Shown one piece after another: positions 1 through 10,667 of a stretch of DNA of 38,083 nucleotides (the first letter of the stretch is position 1; the number at the start of each line of letters is the position of its first letter). Under the pieces are notes generated by a model. The model was not told the origin of the DNA, ran no database searches, and worked only from the letters and a program-made list of their open reading frames with translations. The position numbers and the translations under genes were made by a program. The DNA is from an uncultured Planctomycetaceae bacterium (GTDB lineage Bacteria; Planctomycetota; Planctomycetia; Planctomycetales; Planctomycetaceae): positions 472 to 38,554 of the forward strand of contig CAZDOF010000001.1 of NCBI GenBank assembly GCA_964506965.1. The letters are read 5' to 3'.

Positions 1-521
<521 letters not shown>

Positions 522-3500
522 TCAGCCGGAGAGACACGCCTGCCGGTGCTCGGACAGGAATCGGCCCAGGTCGGAATCGCGGGCCTGTGCCAGCGTCCTG
601 ATCCTGAGCTTGATCACGTCACGACCATCGCGGTACGTCTTGATCTCACGAGAATCACCCAGCCCGGCGATCCGACCCAGTGGCACCGCACCGGGCGGAC
701 CGTACAACACCAGGTCAAGGAACCCGGGGCGCTTTGTCCACAATGTCGCCCAGGCCGGCCCGGCCTTTCCATCGCGAAATGACACCGACTGCCGTCCTGT
801 CCAATCGACAACCGGATCGGACACCGAGGCCTCCAGCCAATCTGCCAACACATCCACCAACTCGGCTGGCCAGGCCACCCGTCGCCGACCGGAAAACCCC
901 TTTCGCAGCTGATGCCACCTTCGCCCCAGCACCTTCCAGGGCATCAGGTCCTCGGGATTCTGCCGGGCCTGGCTGGTCTGCTCCAGAAAGTCCGCCCGTG
1001 CCGTTTCCAGGAACTGCTCGAAAGCGGGCGTGTCGATTTCCCGTAACCAGTGCACCTTCAAGCTCACTTCCTGCCAGGGACCCTTCAGGTTCTTCACGCG
1101 GACCCGCGAGCCACGACCATAGATCGGCAACTCGTCGATGTCGTCAAGAGGTTTCAAGTCGAGCTGGTCTTGCAGCGTGTCCTGCTGGAACGTGTTACGT
1201 CCCACCCGGAACTTCAGCGTCAGCAACCACTCGTCCCCGGTCAACGCGTGTACGAACCACTTGTCCTTGCTGACCGAACCGGAAATTTCGACGACGCTGC
1301 GGTGGTTGAAGTCCGCCGGCCTGAGACCGGAACACGGTTCGAGCCGATCGAGAATTCGATCCAGCACGCGGCCTTCCCAGCGGGCCGGTTGTCCGTTGTG
1401 AGCAATGCGGTCGATCGTGTGCCAGCGACGGCCATTCTGTTGCCACGGCATCCGAGCGTCGCGACCGATCTGTCGCAAATCGAGGTCCCCGTCCCGTTTC
1501 TTGGCAACCGCGCGGGCATCAAACACATCCCGCTCGGCCCGTTCACCGTCCCTCAGCACCGGGCCCAGCAACTCGCCCGTCCACGACCTCAGCCCATCGG
1601 CCCGTCGCCTGGCTGTTCGGGCCTGGCTGACGATGTCCTCGGGCGTACCGCAGGCGACGATTTGTCCCCCGCCGGCTCCGGCTTCCGGGCCGAGATCGAC
1701 GATCCAGTCGGCCGTCTTGATCACGTCGAGGTTGTGCTCGATCACGACGACCGTGTTCCCCGCTTCGACCAGGCTGCCAAGCACCTTGAGCAACTTGTCG
1801 ATGTCATCGAAGTGCAGGCCGGTCGTCGGTTCATCCAGCAGGTAGAGCGTGCGGCCCGTCTGCGGCCGGGCCAACTCGGCGGCCAGCTTGACCCGTTGTG
1901 CCTCGCCGCCGGAAAGCGTGGGAGCGGATTGTCCGAGCGTGAGATAATCGAGCCCGATGGCGCAGAGTGTCGCCAACGGGGCACGAATTCTCGGGATGTT
2001 CTCGAACAGCCGAAGCGCCTCGCCGATGGGCATCTCCAACACGTCGGCAACCGTGTGACCATGATAGGTCACCGACAGCGTCTCGCTGTTGTACCGCCGC
2101 CCCCGGCACTCGTCACACTCGATCCACACATCCGGCAGAAAGTGCATCTCGATACACTTCTGCCCGTTTCCCTCGCAGGCTTCACAACGGCCACCGGACC
2201 GGTTGAAGCTGAATCGTCCCGGCCGGTATCCCCGCACCTTGGCCTCGGGCAATCGACTGAACAACTCGCGTATCTCGCCGAAAACACCGGTGTACGTGCC
2301 CGGATTGGATTTCGGCGTATTCCCCAGCGGCTGCTGATCAACGACGATCACTTTGTTGAGGTGCTCGGCTCCCCTCAGTGCGTCGAAGGGTCCCGGTGCG
2401 TCTCCCGTGCGATGCAACTTCCGCGCCACCGCCCGGGCCAGGGTCTCTTCGACCAGCGAGCTCTTCCCCGACCCGCTGACACCGGTCAGGCATGTCAGGG
2501 TGCCCAACGGAATCCGGAGATTGACCCGGTCGAGGTTGTTCTGCCGGGCACCATCGAGTTCGAGCCACGCCCCACCGGGGGGATCGCCAGCCCCGGTCTC
2601 GGTCGACTGCATCCTGCGGGTGAGGGGGATGGAGATCTCCCGTTCTCGGCAGAGGAAGCGGCCGGTCAGCGATCGAGGTTTCCCGGCCACTTCCTCGGGA
2701 GACCCCTGGCCGACGATCTGGCCACCGTGCCTCCCGGCGCCCGGTCCAAAATCGATCAGCCGATCAGCCGTCTCGAGCACCTCGCGATCGTGTTCGACCA
2801 CGACCAGAGTGTTCCCGAGATCCCTCAGTTGCTCCAGTGCTTTCAGCAACCGCCGGTTGTCGCGGGGATGAAGCCCGATGGTGGGTTCGTCAAGCACGTA
2901 CAGCACGCCGGTCAGGGCTCGTCCGACCTGGCCCGCGAGCCGGATCCGCTGACTCTCGCCACCCGAGAGTGTCGGCAAGGGCCGAGCAAGCGTCAGGTAG
3001 TCCAGTCCGACATCGACCAGGAATTTCAGCCGGCTGGTCGCCTCGCGCAGCAGGTCGCCGGCGATCCTCTTCCCGTCGCGGTCCAGCCGCACGGTTTTCA
3101 GCACTCTCAACGCCTCGTCCAGCGGCAGCGAGCACACCGAGCCGATCGTGTGCCCGGCAAACCGGACGGCCGCAACATCGGGCCTGAGCCGGCTGCCTCC
3201 ACAAGACGAGCAATCGACCTCACCGACCAGGTCCAGCAACCGCCGCCGATACGACAACGAGATCCTCGACGCCTCCTCGATGGCCGGGTACAGCCCCTTG
3301 TACTGCATCTGCAGTGACTGTCCCGATGGCATCGTTACGTCGAACCAGCGGTCTCCGGAACCGTAGAGCACCAGTCGCCGAGCGGCCGACGGCAGGGCGT
3401 CGAAGGCAAGATCCAGCGGCAGCGCGAACTCGCGATGCAGGCCCTCGAGAATTGCGGCAAACGCGGGAACGCTGGCAGGATCCGGCCATGCGGCGATGGC

Positions 3501-6500
3501 CCCCTGGCCCAGGCTGCGGGATCCATCGGCCACCAGAGCCGCCAGGTTGGTCCCTTGCTCGGTCCCGATCCCTTCGCAACCCGGACACCAGCCGAGATGA
3601 CTGTTGAAGGAAAAATTATTCGGTGTCAGTTCCTCGAAACTCTGCCCACATTTCTCACACGCCGCGTGCAGGCTAAAGGGTTCGACCACCCAGTCGGCCT
3701 CGTCTCGCGAGGTATCTTCGCGGGCGACTCGCATTTCCCCGTGACCGAGCCCCAGTGCCATCTCGACACTGTCGGCCACGCGGGCCCGCGAGGTCTTGCC
3801 GATCGTGATCCGGTCGATGACGACTTCCACATCGTGACGTCGGCGACGATCGACGTCGGGCACATCGTCCAGTCGGTATGTCGTACCGTCGATCCGGACG
3901 CGCCGGAACCCGTCCTCTTTCAACGACTGCCACAACCCCGCGTATTCCTGTCCGACCCGGACCTGCCGGGGAGCCAGCAGCAGCACGTGGCCGGCAGGCA
4001 TTCTGCGAACCCGGGCGATCACCTCGTCGGTCGTCTGTCGGCGGATGGGAATTTCGCATCCCGGGCAATAGCGGGTGCCGAGCCGGGTGAAGAGCACGCG
4101 AAGGTAATCGTAGATCTCGGTCACCGTGCCTACCGTCGACCGGGGTGTCGTCCCGGTGGTTTTCTGTTCGATGGCAATCGCCGGTGAGAGTCCCTGCACC
4201 TGTTCGACGCGCGGCTTGGGCATCTGGCCGAGAAACTGGCGAGCGTAGGCCGAAAGCGACTCGACGTATCGCCTCTGGCCCTCGGCGTACAGCGTGTCCA
4301 TCGCCAGGGAACTCTTGCCACTGCCGCTGGGACCGCAGAAGACACTCAGGCGGTTGCGGGGCACCCGCAGGTTGACGTTCTTGAGGTTGTGCTGCGTCGC
4401 CCCCTTGATGACGATCTCTGTCGATTCATTCCGCTGGCGGCTCTTGCGCTTTCGCCGTTTCGGCCGTCGGGTCCGACCGTTGGCCGGCTTTGCCCGGGAA
4501 CCGGGCAGCAGCGGTCGCAGGGCCTGGCCCGTGTAGGATTCCCGGCAACCGGCAATCACCTCGGGTTCACCGGCAACCACCACCCGCCCGCCACCAGCCC
4601 CTCCTTCCGGGCCAAGATCGATCACCCAGTCGGCCGTCTTGACGACTTCGAGGTTATGCTCGACCACGAGCACGGTGTTGCCCTCATCAACAAAACCATG
4701 GAGAACATCCAGCAGCTTGCTGATATCGGCAAAATGCAGTCCGGTCGTGGGTTCATCCAGGAGGTAGATCGTCTGACCGGTGGACCGTTTGCCGAGTTCC
4801 CGGGCGAGCTTGATTCGCTGCGCTTCGCCGCCGGAGAGTGTTGGTGAGGGTTGACCGAGCTTGAGGTAATCGAGGCCGACGTCGCGCAGGGTGCCCAGCA
4901 GCCGTGCCACCCGGGGATGGTTGCTGAAGTGTTCGAGTGCCTCCTGCACATCCATCTCCAGGACCTCGGCAATGCTCCTGCCACGGAACTTCACCTCGAG
5001 CGTCTCGTGGTGAAACCGGCGGCCCTCGCACACCGGACACGTCACCCAGATATCGGCCAGGAAGTCCATCTCCAGGCGGTTCGCCCCATAGCCTTCGCAC
5101 GCCTCGCAGCGTCCGCCAGCCACGTTGAAACTGAAACGGCCGGGCTTGTAGCCCCGTACTCTCGCCTCGGGTAACCGGCTGTACAGGTCGCGGATCGCGT
5201 CGAGCAGCTTGACGTAGGTGGCGGGATTCGAACGGGGAGTACGACCGATCGGGGCCTGGTCGATGTTGATCGCCCGATCGATGAACTCCAGCCCGGTGAC
5301 CTCGCGGTGGCTGCCCGGCGTACCCTTGCCGCGATTCAGGTCGCGGTTGAGTACCTGCCAGAGGATATCGTTGACCAGCGAACTCTTGCCCGAACCACTG
5401 ACGCCGGTCACACACACGAACGCGCCGACGGGAATCGCAACGTTGATGCCGCGGAGATTGTTATGGCGCGCCGCGCGAACCGTCAGCCGGTCCCTGCCGA
5501 TCGGGCGTCGCTGATCGGGAACAGCGATCGACTCGCGTCCGCTGAGAAACCGGCCCGTCACGCTCTTGGGATTCGCCTCGATGTCTTCGACCGTCCCCGT
5601 GGCAACGACCCGTCCCCCGCGGACTCCGGGGCCGGGCCCGAAATCCACGACGTGATCGGCCTCCCGGATCGTCTCCTCGTCATGCTCGACGACGATCACC
5701 GTGTTGCCCTGGTCACGGAGATCGCACAGGCTCTCCAGCAACAGCCTGTTGTCGCGGGGATGCAGGCCGATCGAGGGTTCATCGAGGACATACACGACAC
5801 CGACCAGCCCGCTGCCAATCTGTCCGGCCAGCCTGATTCGTTGAGTCTCCCCACCGGAGAGCGTGGGGGCGGCCCGGTCCAGAGCGAGGTAGTCGAGGCC
5901 ACACCGGAGCAGGAATCCCAACCGGCCGCGGATTTCCTTGAGGGCTTCGCCGGCAATCAGTCGACCGGTGTCATCGAGTTGACGGTCTTCAAAGAACTCC
6001 GCGGCCTCGGCGATCGACAGGCCACACACCTGCGGCAGGCTCCGTCGTCGCTTGCTTTCGGATCGGCCAAATTGCCGATTGGTGGTGGTGATTGTGACCG
6101 CACGGGCCTGGGCGTTCAGACGTGTGCCACCGCAGGCCGAGCAGTCGGTGAACTGCATGGCCTTCTCCAGTTGACGCCGCCGCATCGGATTGTTCGTCTT
6201 GTGATAGGATGCCAACAGCCTGGGAATGACGCCGGCAAACGTGCCCCCGTGTTTCCAGACCCCCCCGCGATAACGCCAGGCGAACGTGATGTGGCGATCG
6301 CCGGTGCCGTGGAGAAACAGGTGTCGGGCCTCCTCGGACAGATCACGCCACGGTGTCTTCAGCAGGGTCTCGGCTGCCATCCCCAGCTGCTTCTCGATCG
6401 CTGCCGCCGCACCCTGGTAGATGTGTCGCCGCCAGCGACCGATCCGCCCCACGGGGCCCAGCAGGCTGATCGCGCCGCGCCAGAGCGACTTGCCGATCTC

Positions 6501-7463
6501 GGTGATCATCTTCTCGGAGAGGAACTCGTGCCGACGGCCCAGCCCGTTACATTCCAGGCACATCCCCAGCGGGCTGTTGAAGCTGAACAACTGCGGTGTC
6601 GGAGGTTCATAGCTGATCTCACAGCGCGTGCAGGCATAGCGCGAGCTGTGCAGCCTGTCGCGAAGGGATTCGATGCCATCGACTTCACCGGGTATCGGCG
6701 GTGAGGTGTCGGCGGCAAAGGCCACCAGCAGGGTTCCCCCGGAGAGCCGCAACGCGGTCTCAACCGCCTCGGCCAGCCGCTGCCGCCCGGTTCGCCCGGT
6801 CACCAGTCGATCCACAACCACCTCGATCGTGTGTCGCATCTGGCGATCCAGCCGCAGGTCGTCAAGCAGAGAAACCACCTCGCCATCCACCCGGGCCCGA
6901 ACGAACCCCTGTTTCAACAGGTCATCGAACAGGTCCCGATACTCACCCTTTTGCTGCTGGATCAGTGGTGCCAGCACGTTGAACCGCGTGCCCCGCGGCA
7001 GCCCGGCGATCGACTCGATGATCTGTTCGGAGGTCTGGGCCGAGATGGCTCGACCACAACCGGCACAGGCGGGGTGCCCGACCCGCGCGAACAGGACACG
7101 CAGGTAGTCCTGGATCTCGGTGATCGTTCCAACCGTGCTGCGGGGATTGCGGCTGGCGGACTTCTGCTGGATCGAGATCGACGGGGAGAGTCCGCTGACG
7201 AGATCGACATCGGGCTTGGGCAGTTGGCCGAGAAACTGTCTCGCGTAGCTCGAGAGCGACTCGACGTAACGTCGCTGACCCTCGGCGTAGAGCGTGTCGA
7301 ACGCCAGTGAACTCTTGCCGGAACCACTGACGCCGGTCATCACAATCAACCGGTTACGCGGCAGCGTCAGGCTGACGTTCTGCAGGTTGTGCTCACGGGC
7401 ACCCCGAATGACGATGTCGGACGCCTCGACCGCCAACCTGTTTGCCGACTTTGACCGCCCCAC
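522..7463 (-). CDS. uvrA: Tandem-duplicated excinuclease ABC subunit A (UvrA-UvrA fusion, ~2,313 aa from GTG 7463) with a ~343-aa C-terminal extension of unknown function.
   Basis: One frame holds two complete UvrA units. There are four Walker A sites ([36 protein letters not shown]) and four signatures ([32 protein letters not shown]). There are four Walker B sites ([44 protein letters not shown]). [24 protein letters not shown] occurs twice. All CxxC zinc modules and the UvrB-binding-domain region are present in both units. The track start (7739) adds 92 aa of R/P/S/T-rich off-frame-looking sequence. GTG 7463 gives a canonical UvrA N-terminus ([27 protein letters not shown]). Confidence 0.9.
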   Translation of the reverse strand: MGRSKSANRLAVEASDIVIRGAREHNLQNVSLTLPRNRLIVMTGVSGSGKSSLAFDTLYAEGQRRYVESLSSYARQFLGQLPKPDVDLVSGLSPSISIQQKSASRNPRSTVGTITEIQDYLRVLFARVGHPACAGCGRAISAQTSEQIIESIAGLPRGTRFNVLAPLIQQQKGEYRDLFDDLLKQGFVRARVDGEVVSLLDDLRLDRQMRHTIEVVVDRLVTGRTGRQRLAEAVETALRLSGGTLLVAFAADTSPPIPGEVDGIESLRDRLHSSRYACTRCEISYEPPTPQLFSFNSPLGMCLECNGLGRRHEFLSEKMITEIGKSLWRGAISLLGPVGRIGRWRRHIYQGAAAAIEKQLGMAAETLLKTPWRDLSEEARHLFLHGTGDRHITFAWRYRGGVWKHGGTFAGVIPRLLASYHKTNNPMRRRQLEKAMQFTDCSACGGTRLNAQARAVTITTTNRQFGRSESKRRRSLPQVCGLSIAEAAEFFEDRQLDDTGRLIAGEALKEIRGRLGFLLRCGLDYLALDRAAPTLSGGETQRIRLAGQIGSGLVGVVYVLDEPSIGLHPRDNRLLLESLCDLRDQGNTVIVVEHDEETIREADHVVDFGPGPGVRGGRVVATGTVEDIEANPKSVTGRFLSGRESIAVPDQRRPIGRDRLTVRAARHNNLRGINVAIPVGAFVCVTGVSGSGKSSLVNDILWQVLNRDLNRGKGTPGSHREVTGLEFIDRAINIDQAPIGRTPRSNPATYVKLLDAIRDLYSRLPEARVRGYKPGRFSFNVAGGRCEACEGYGANRLEMDFLADIWVTCPVCEGRRFHHETLEVKFRGRSIAEVLEMDVQEALEHFSNHPRVARLLGTLRDVGLDYLKLGQPSPTLSGGEAQRIKLARELGKRSTGQTIYLLDEPTTGLHFADISKLLDVLHGFVDEGNTVLVVEHNLEVVKTADWVIDLGPEGGAGGGRVVVAGEPEVIAGCRESYTGQALRPLLPGSRAKPANGRTRRPKRRKRKSRQRNESTEIVIKGATQHNLKNVNLRVPRNRLSVFCGPSGSGKSSLAMDTLYAEGQRRYVESLSAYARQFLGQMPKPRVEQVQGLSPAIAIEQKTTGTTPRSTVGTVTEIYDYLRVLFTRLGTRYCPGCEIPIRRQTTDEVIARVRRMPAGHVLLLAPRQVRVGQEYAGLWQSLKEDGFRRVRIDGTTYRLDDVPDVDRRRRHDVEVVIDRITIGKTSRARVADSVEMALGLGHGEMRVAREDTSRDEADWVVEPFSLHAACEKCGQSFEELTPNNFSFNSHLGWCPGCEGIGTEQGTNLAALVADGSRSLGQGAIAAWPDPASVPAFAAILEGLHREFALPLDLAFDALPSAARRLVLYGSGDRWFDVTMPSGQSLQMQYKGLYPAIEEASRISLSYRRRLLDLVGEVDCSSCGGSRLRPDVAAVRFAGHTIGSVCSLPLDEALRVLKTVRLDRDGKRIAGDLLREATSRLKFLVDVGLDYLTLARPLPTLSGGESQRIRLAGQVGRALTGVLYVLDEPTIGLHPRDNRRLLKALEQLRDLGNTLVVVEHDREVLETADRLIDFGPGAGRHGGQIVGQGSPEEVAGKPRSLTGRFLCREREISIPLTRRMQSTETGAGDPPGGAWLELDGARQNNLDRVNLRIPLGTLTCLTGVSGSGKSSLVEETLARAVARKLHRTGDAPGPFDALRGAEHLNKVIVVDQQPLGNTPKSNPGTYTGVFGEIRELFSRLPEAKVRGYRPGRFSFNRSGGRCEACEGNGQKCIEMHFLPDVWIECDECRGRRYNSETLSVTYHGHTVADVLEMPIGEALRLFENIPRIRAPLATLCAIGLDYLTLGQSAPTLSGGEAQRVKLAAELARPQTGRTLYLLDEPTTGLHFDDIDKLLKVLGSLVEAGNTVVVIEHNLDVIKTADWIVDLGPEAGAGGGQIVACGTPEDIVSQARTARRRADGLRSWTGELLGPVLRDGERAERDVFDARAVAKKRDGDLDLRQIGRDARMPWQQNGRRWHTIDRIAHNGQPARWEGRVLDRILDRLEPCSGLRPADFNHRSVVEISGSVSKDKWFVHALTGDEWLLTLKFRVGRNTFQQDTLQDQLDLKPLDDIDELPIYGRGSRVRVKNLKGPWQEVSLKVHWLREIDTPAFEQFLETARADFLEQTSQARQNPEDLMPWKVLGRRWHQLRKGFSGRRRVAWPAELVDVLADWLEASVSDPVVDWTGRQSVSFRDGKAGPAWATLWTKRPGFLDLVLYGPPGAVPLGRIAGLGDSREIKTYRDGRDVIKLRIRTLAQARDSDLGRFLSEHRQACLSG
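1554..4415 (-). repeat. Intragenic duplication unit 2: second full UvrA module of the fusion protein.
   Basis: It runs from [14 protein letters not shown] to [12 protein letters not shown], about 955 aa, with the same domain order as unit 1. A basic linker ([15 protein letters not shown], nt 4416-4505) separates the two units. Confidence 0.85.
4506..7415 (-). repeat. Intragenic duplication unit 1: first full UvrA module of the fusion protein.
   Basis: It runs from [14 protein letters not shown] to [10 protein letters not shown], about 970 aa. It is clearly similar to unit 2 at protein level. It is also visibly similar at DNA level; compare 7221-7420 with 4231-4430. Confidence 0.85.
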
Positions 7464-7464
7464 G

Positions 7465-7800
7465 TCACTGGCTCGCTGGTGACTCACCAGGATCTCCCGC
7501 GGCCACCTGGCCGTCGGTTGTTTCGTTCTTGCGATCGCCCCGACGTCCCCGCCGTTTCTGTTTACGGGACTGCTTGCGCGGACGATCCGCATCGTCGACC
7601 GGTACGGCGGAGGCCGGGTCGCCGTCGGTCGAATCCGTTTCGGAGGTCGTCGTGAGCGGAAACCGGGGGCCGGGCCGTTGGTCCTTGTCGTCGAGTTGCA
7701 TCCACGACTCGTCGGTGGGACAGCGCCGGCTGACGACATGGCCGGAGGTTTTCAACACGCGCTGGCACGTGGGACATCGCCACACCCGCCGCACGTCCAA
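7465..7800 (-). CDS. Small hypothetical protein with a CPTC...H...C zinc-ribbon-like motif and a charged low-complexity tail. The start is uncertain: TTG 7800, GTG 7794/7785, or upstream ATG 8016.
   Basis: This is part of listed ORF 7465..8082. My hand count over 7621-7740 gives G/C at 33 of 40 third positions in this frame. The overlapping long-uvrA frame gives 24 of 39. The stop TGA (7467-7465) is followed after 1 nt by the GTG (7463) that gives a canonical UvrA N-terminus. There is no ATG/GTG/TTG in frame between 7801 and 7960. Confidence 0.35.
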   Translation of the reverse strand: MDVRRVWRCPTCQRVLKTSGHVVSRRCPTDESWMQLDDKDQRPGPRFPLTTTSETDSTDGDPASAVPVDDADRPRKQSRKQKRRGRRGDRKNETTDGQVAAGDPGESPASQ

Positions 7801-7960
7801 GTCGAGTCGAATTCCAGGGCCCTTGATGACCAGGTCCTCCTGCCGCTCCTCTTCGCGCTTCCCGGCACGGCCATTACGATGTACGCCCGTTGAGGCCTTG
7901 ATGGCCGGGGCTGTATTCTCCGATTTCGCCGCCAGTCGGACAAGTCCGACAGGAACGTCG

Positions 7961-8908
7961 ATGCACCAACCATCCCCCTCACTGAAAACCGACCTGTCCC
8001 ATGCCGGCCGGGGCATGCTGATGGGAGGTTTCGACATCATCCCGGGCGTTTCGGGAGGGACCGTGGCCCTGGTGCTGGGCATCTACGAGCGGTTGGTCTC
8101 GGCCGTCAGTCACATCGACATGACGCTGCTGAAACTGCTGGCCACCCGGCGGTGGAAAGACGCGGCGACACGGATCGACCTCAGGTTCCTGCTGGCACTG
8201 GGAACCGGGATTGCCACCGGCGTGATCGGGCTGGCCTCGACGATGAACTGGTGGCTTGAGCATCGGCCGCGGCTGACATCGGCGGCGTTTTTCGGATTGA
8301 TCATCGGATCGGCCTGGCTGGTCGCCCGTTCGCTGGACGGATGGACGTGGCGACGTACCGGACTGGCGGCCCTCGGTGCGGCGATGGCGTACTGGCTCGT
8401 CGGCCAACCGGCACTGGCCCGTCCACCGCAGGAACACTGGTACCTGTTTCTGTGCGGCAGCATCGGGATCTGCGCGATGATCCTGCCCGGTGTCAGCGGG
8501 GCCTTCCTGCTGGTCGTGCTGGGTCGCTACCGCGACGTCGTCGGCCTGATCCCGAAGCTGTTGCAGGGAGAAGAATTCGGGCAAACGCTGACCGCGGTGG
8601 TGGTCTTCCTGTCCGGCTGCCTGGTCGGACTGGTCGGCTTCAGCAAGCTGTTGAAAGTCCTGCTGCGGAATCAGCCGGGTGCGACGCTGGCGGTCCTTTG
8701 CGGCGTGATGGCTGGTTCATTGAGAAAGCTCTGGCCCTTCAAGCGGGATCTGACACCGGACGAGGTCGACCTGGCGCTGAAACGTTTTGCCAACACGTGG
8801 CCCGACACGTGGGATGCCACGGCCTGGTTGACGGTCGGGCTGGCGGCCGCAGGCCTGGCACTGGTGCTCGGACTGGGAGCGATCGGGAGCAGGACCGGGG
8901 ACGACTGA
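7961..8908 (+). CDS. DUF368 family inner-membrane protein (PopT-like candidate polyprenyl-phosphate transporter).
   Basis: Both hallmark DUF368 repeats are present: GGFDIIPGVSGGTVALVLGIYERL and CAMILPGVSGAFLLVVLGRY. The protein has multiple hydrophobic helices. The listed ORF start (7442) adds junk-like sequence that overlaps the uvrA 5' end. ATG 7961 is in frame; ATG 8015 and 8021 are alternatives. Confidence 0.8.
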   Translation: MHQPSPSLKTDLSHAGRGMLMGGFDIIPGVSGGTVALVLGIYERLVSAVSHIDMTLLKLLATRRWKDAATRIDLRFLLALGTGIATGVIGLASTMNWWLEHRPRLTSAAFFGLIIGSAWLVARSLDGWTWRRTGLAALGAAMAYWLVGQPALARPPQEHWYLFLCGSIGICAMILPGVSGAFLLVVLGRYRDVVGLIPKLLQGEEFGQTLTAVVVFLSGCLVGLVGFSKLLKVLLRNQPGATLAVLCGVMAGSLRKLWPFKRDLTPDEVDLALKRFANTWPDTWDATAWLTVGLAAAGLALVLGLGAIGSRTGDD

Positions 8909-8918
8909 CGACGATGTC

Positions 8919-10097
8919 CTAGAACACCGAGAACAGCAGCAACTGGGTGGCACGGACCAGCCACTTGCGGTCCGAGGCGGTCATGGTGCCCGCGTCGAGG
9001 ATCTGGCGAGCCTTGTTACGGGTCCCGCTGATCAGCAACTTCTGCAGGTCCGTCAGCCCTTTCTGACGTTCCTCCTCGAGCATCAGCGACGTGATACGGA
9101 AGAGAGCCCGGGGCTCATCCAGCCCGCCCTCGAGGGTGTCGGTCCAGGTCGGGTCGGCCCGACCGTCGGCCACCTCGGTGGCGACGGCCAGCACGAGGTT
9201 GGCGATCCGGGCGAGTTTCTCGAAATCGATCTTGTCCGGACGATCCCTCGGCGTGTGATAGTCAGGATGTTCGCCCGTGGAGAAAAACAGGAACGGAACC
9301 TTGCGGTCACGGAACGGCCCGTAATCGCTGCGGGTCCCGATCAGGTCGACTCCCAGCCTGGCAACCTCCAGGCCCCCGGGTGTCCCCACACGATCCAGTA
9401 CCGTCCTCAGTGCCGGCGCATGCTCGCTGCCCAGGCAAAACACCGTGGGCAACGGCAGGTTGCCCAGGGAACGGCCTATCATGTCGGCGGTGATGAACAA
9501 CCGGACCTGCTCGAGTGGCCAGGGCGAGTGCGCGGCGAACCAGCGGGATCCCCACAGCAGTCGTTCCTCGAGATCAAACCCCACGAACACCACGCTGCGT
9601 TCGAGTCGGTTCTTGCGGGAGGCCAACTGGCGAGCAACCTCGAGCACCATCGCCACGCCGCTGGCGTTGTCGTCGGCACCTGGAAATACGATCTTGTTGC
9701 GGACCCCGAGGTGATCAAAATGGGCACTGATGATCACGAACTCGTTCGTCCTGCGTCCGGGTAGCCAGGCTCCGACATTCCGGCCGATCGTCCGGGATTG
9801 CCCCCGGTCGTCCGGGCGACCGGGGATTGGCTGAAAGAACGTCTTGCCGAACAGGGGCTGCAATTTCAGCCGTCGGAAATGATCGCGGATGTACTCGGCC
9901 GACCTCAGGGCCGACTTGCCCGACCGTCCCCGACGACGGGGGTCAGCAAGCCAATCGACGTGAGGCCGAACGGCCCGGACTGTGATCGGTGTCGGCGTGG
10001 GTTTCTCGGCCGACATCACCATCGAGACCATGCCGGCAACGGCCGCCAGCAGGACCGCACACGCCCTCAGCAGTCGAAAACAAGGTCGTCGCGACAT
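8919..10097 (-). CDS. Secreted M28-family zinc metallopeptidase (aminopeptidase-like).
   Basis: It has an N-terminal signal-like segment (LLRACAVLLAAVAGMVSMV). M28 blocks are present: ISAHFDHLGV, GADDNASGVAMVLEVARQL, VVFVGFDLEE, ADMIG and EHPDYHTPRDRPDKIDFEKLARI. Confidence 0.85.
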   Translation of the reverse strand: MSRRPCFRLLRACAVLLAAVAGMVSMVMSAEKPTPTPITVRAVRPHVDWLADPRRRGRSGKSALRSAEYIRDHFRRLKLQPLFGKTFFQPIPGRPDDRGQSRTIGRNVGAWLPGRRTNEFVIISAHFDHLGVRNKIVFPGADDNASGVAMVLEVARQLASRKNRLERSVVFVGFDLEERLLWGSRWFAAHSPWPLEQVRLFITADMIGRSLGNLPLPTVFCLGSEHAPALRTVLDRVGTPGGLEVARLGVDLIGTRSDYGPFRDRKVPFLFFSTGEHPDYHTPRDRPDKIDFEKLARIANLVLAVATEVADGRADPTWTDTLEGGLDEPRALFRITSLMLEEERQKGLTDLQKLLISGTRNKARQILDAGTMTASDRKWLVRATQLLLFSVF

Positions 10098-10270
10098 GGG
10101 AAACTCCGGGAAACCGGCGGCAGCCTAGCCCGCGTCGCCGGGTGCAACAAGCCGGAAGTCGGGTTTGAAGGATTGTGCCGAACTTTCCTGTTGTGCCGGT
10201 CCTCCGGTGGCCGATACAGCAGAAGAACGCCCGCGCCGCGCGCGGAACCCGCAATGATGGGAGTGAGACC

Positions 10271-10576
10271 ATGCGTCGAGGATCAATTCTATCCGCATTC
10301 GTGGTGGCGGCTGTCGTGGCCCTGACCACCTCGTTGGACTCCACCCCGGCCCGGGCCGCCGGTCGCGGTCAGCCGACCGATTGGAGCCGCTTCTACTACT
10401 ACCCGTACGTCTACTATCCCCACAACTTCCAGCGGCCCCAGGGCAGTTACAACCACCTGTACTACCGCTACCCCCAGTCGCGGCGGATTCCCGTCTACAA
10501 CCAGGGCTGGCACAACTTCTATCCAAGCAAGCGGCCATACCACCGCGGCCACCATTTCATTCTCGACGTCTTCTAA
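10271..10576 (+). CDS. Small secreted Tyr/His-rich protein (101 aa precursor), function unknown.
   Basis: ATG 10271 is preceded by GGGAG. The signal peptide is MRRGSILSAFVVAAVVALTTSLDSTPARA. The predicted 72-aa mature part has 13 Tyr and 6 His (FYYYPYVYYPHNF, YNHLYYRYP, YHRGHH). The listed start 10175 adds an implausible N-terminus. Confidence 0.6.
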   Translation: MRRGSILSAFVVAAVVALTTSLDSTPARAAGRGQPTDWSRFYYYPYVYYPHNFQRPQGSYNHLYYRYPQSRRIPVYNQGWHNFYPSKRPYHRGHHFILDVF

Positions 10577-10633
10577 GATCCTGTTCTTCAAGTCGTGGCG
10601 GCCCGCGGGTCGCTGCGAAGCCGGAGTGTCGCT

Positions 10634-10661
10634 GGTCCCGTCCAGGTTCCTGGGCGGGACC
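10634..10661. terminator. GC-rich hairpin between convergent genes; possible bidirectional terminator without a U-tract.
   Basis: GGTCCCGTCCAGG-TT-CCTGGGCGGGACC forms roughly an 11-13 bp stem with one G-U pair. It lies between the stop of the Tyr-rich gene (10576) and the stop of the methyltransferase (10668). Confidence 0.3.
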
Positions 10662-10667
10662 CGTGCG

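Noticed and set aside
1050-3317. A 755-aa plus-strand ORF, and other long plus-strand ORFs inside 522-7463 (for example 3435..4187 and 5307..6704).
   Set aside because: They are antisense shadows of the uvrA fusion. They are Arg/Pro/Gly-rich with no recognisable motifs, while the minus-strand frame has unambiguous UvrA homology throughout.
7464-7739. The 92-aa N-terminal extension of the uvrA ORF as listed (start 7739).
   Set aside because: The extension is R/P/S/T-rich and looks like off-frame sequence. Its third-position GC is lower than in the overlapping frame. UvrA homology begins only after GTG 7463. I kept it as an alternative start only.
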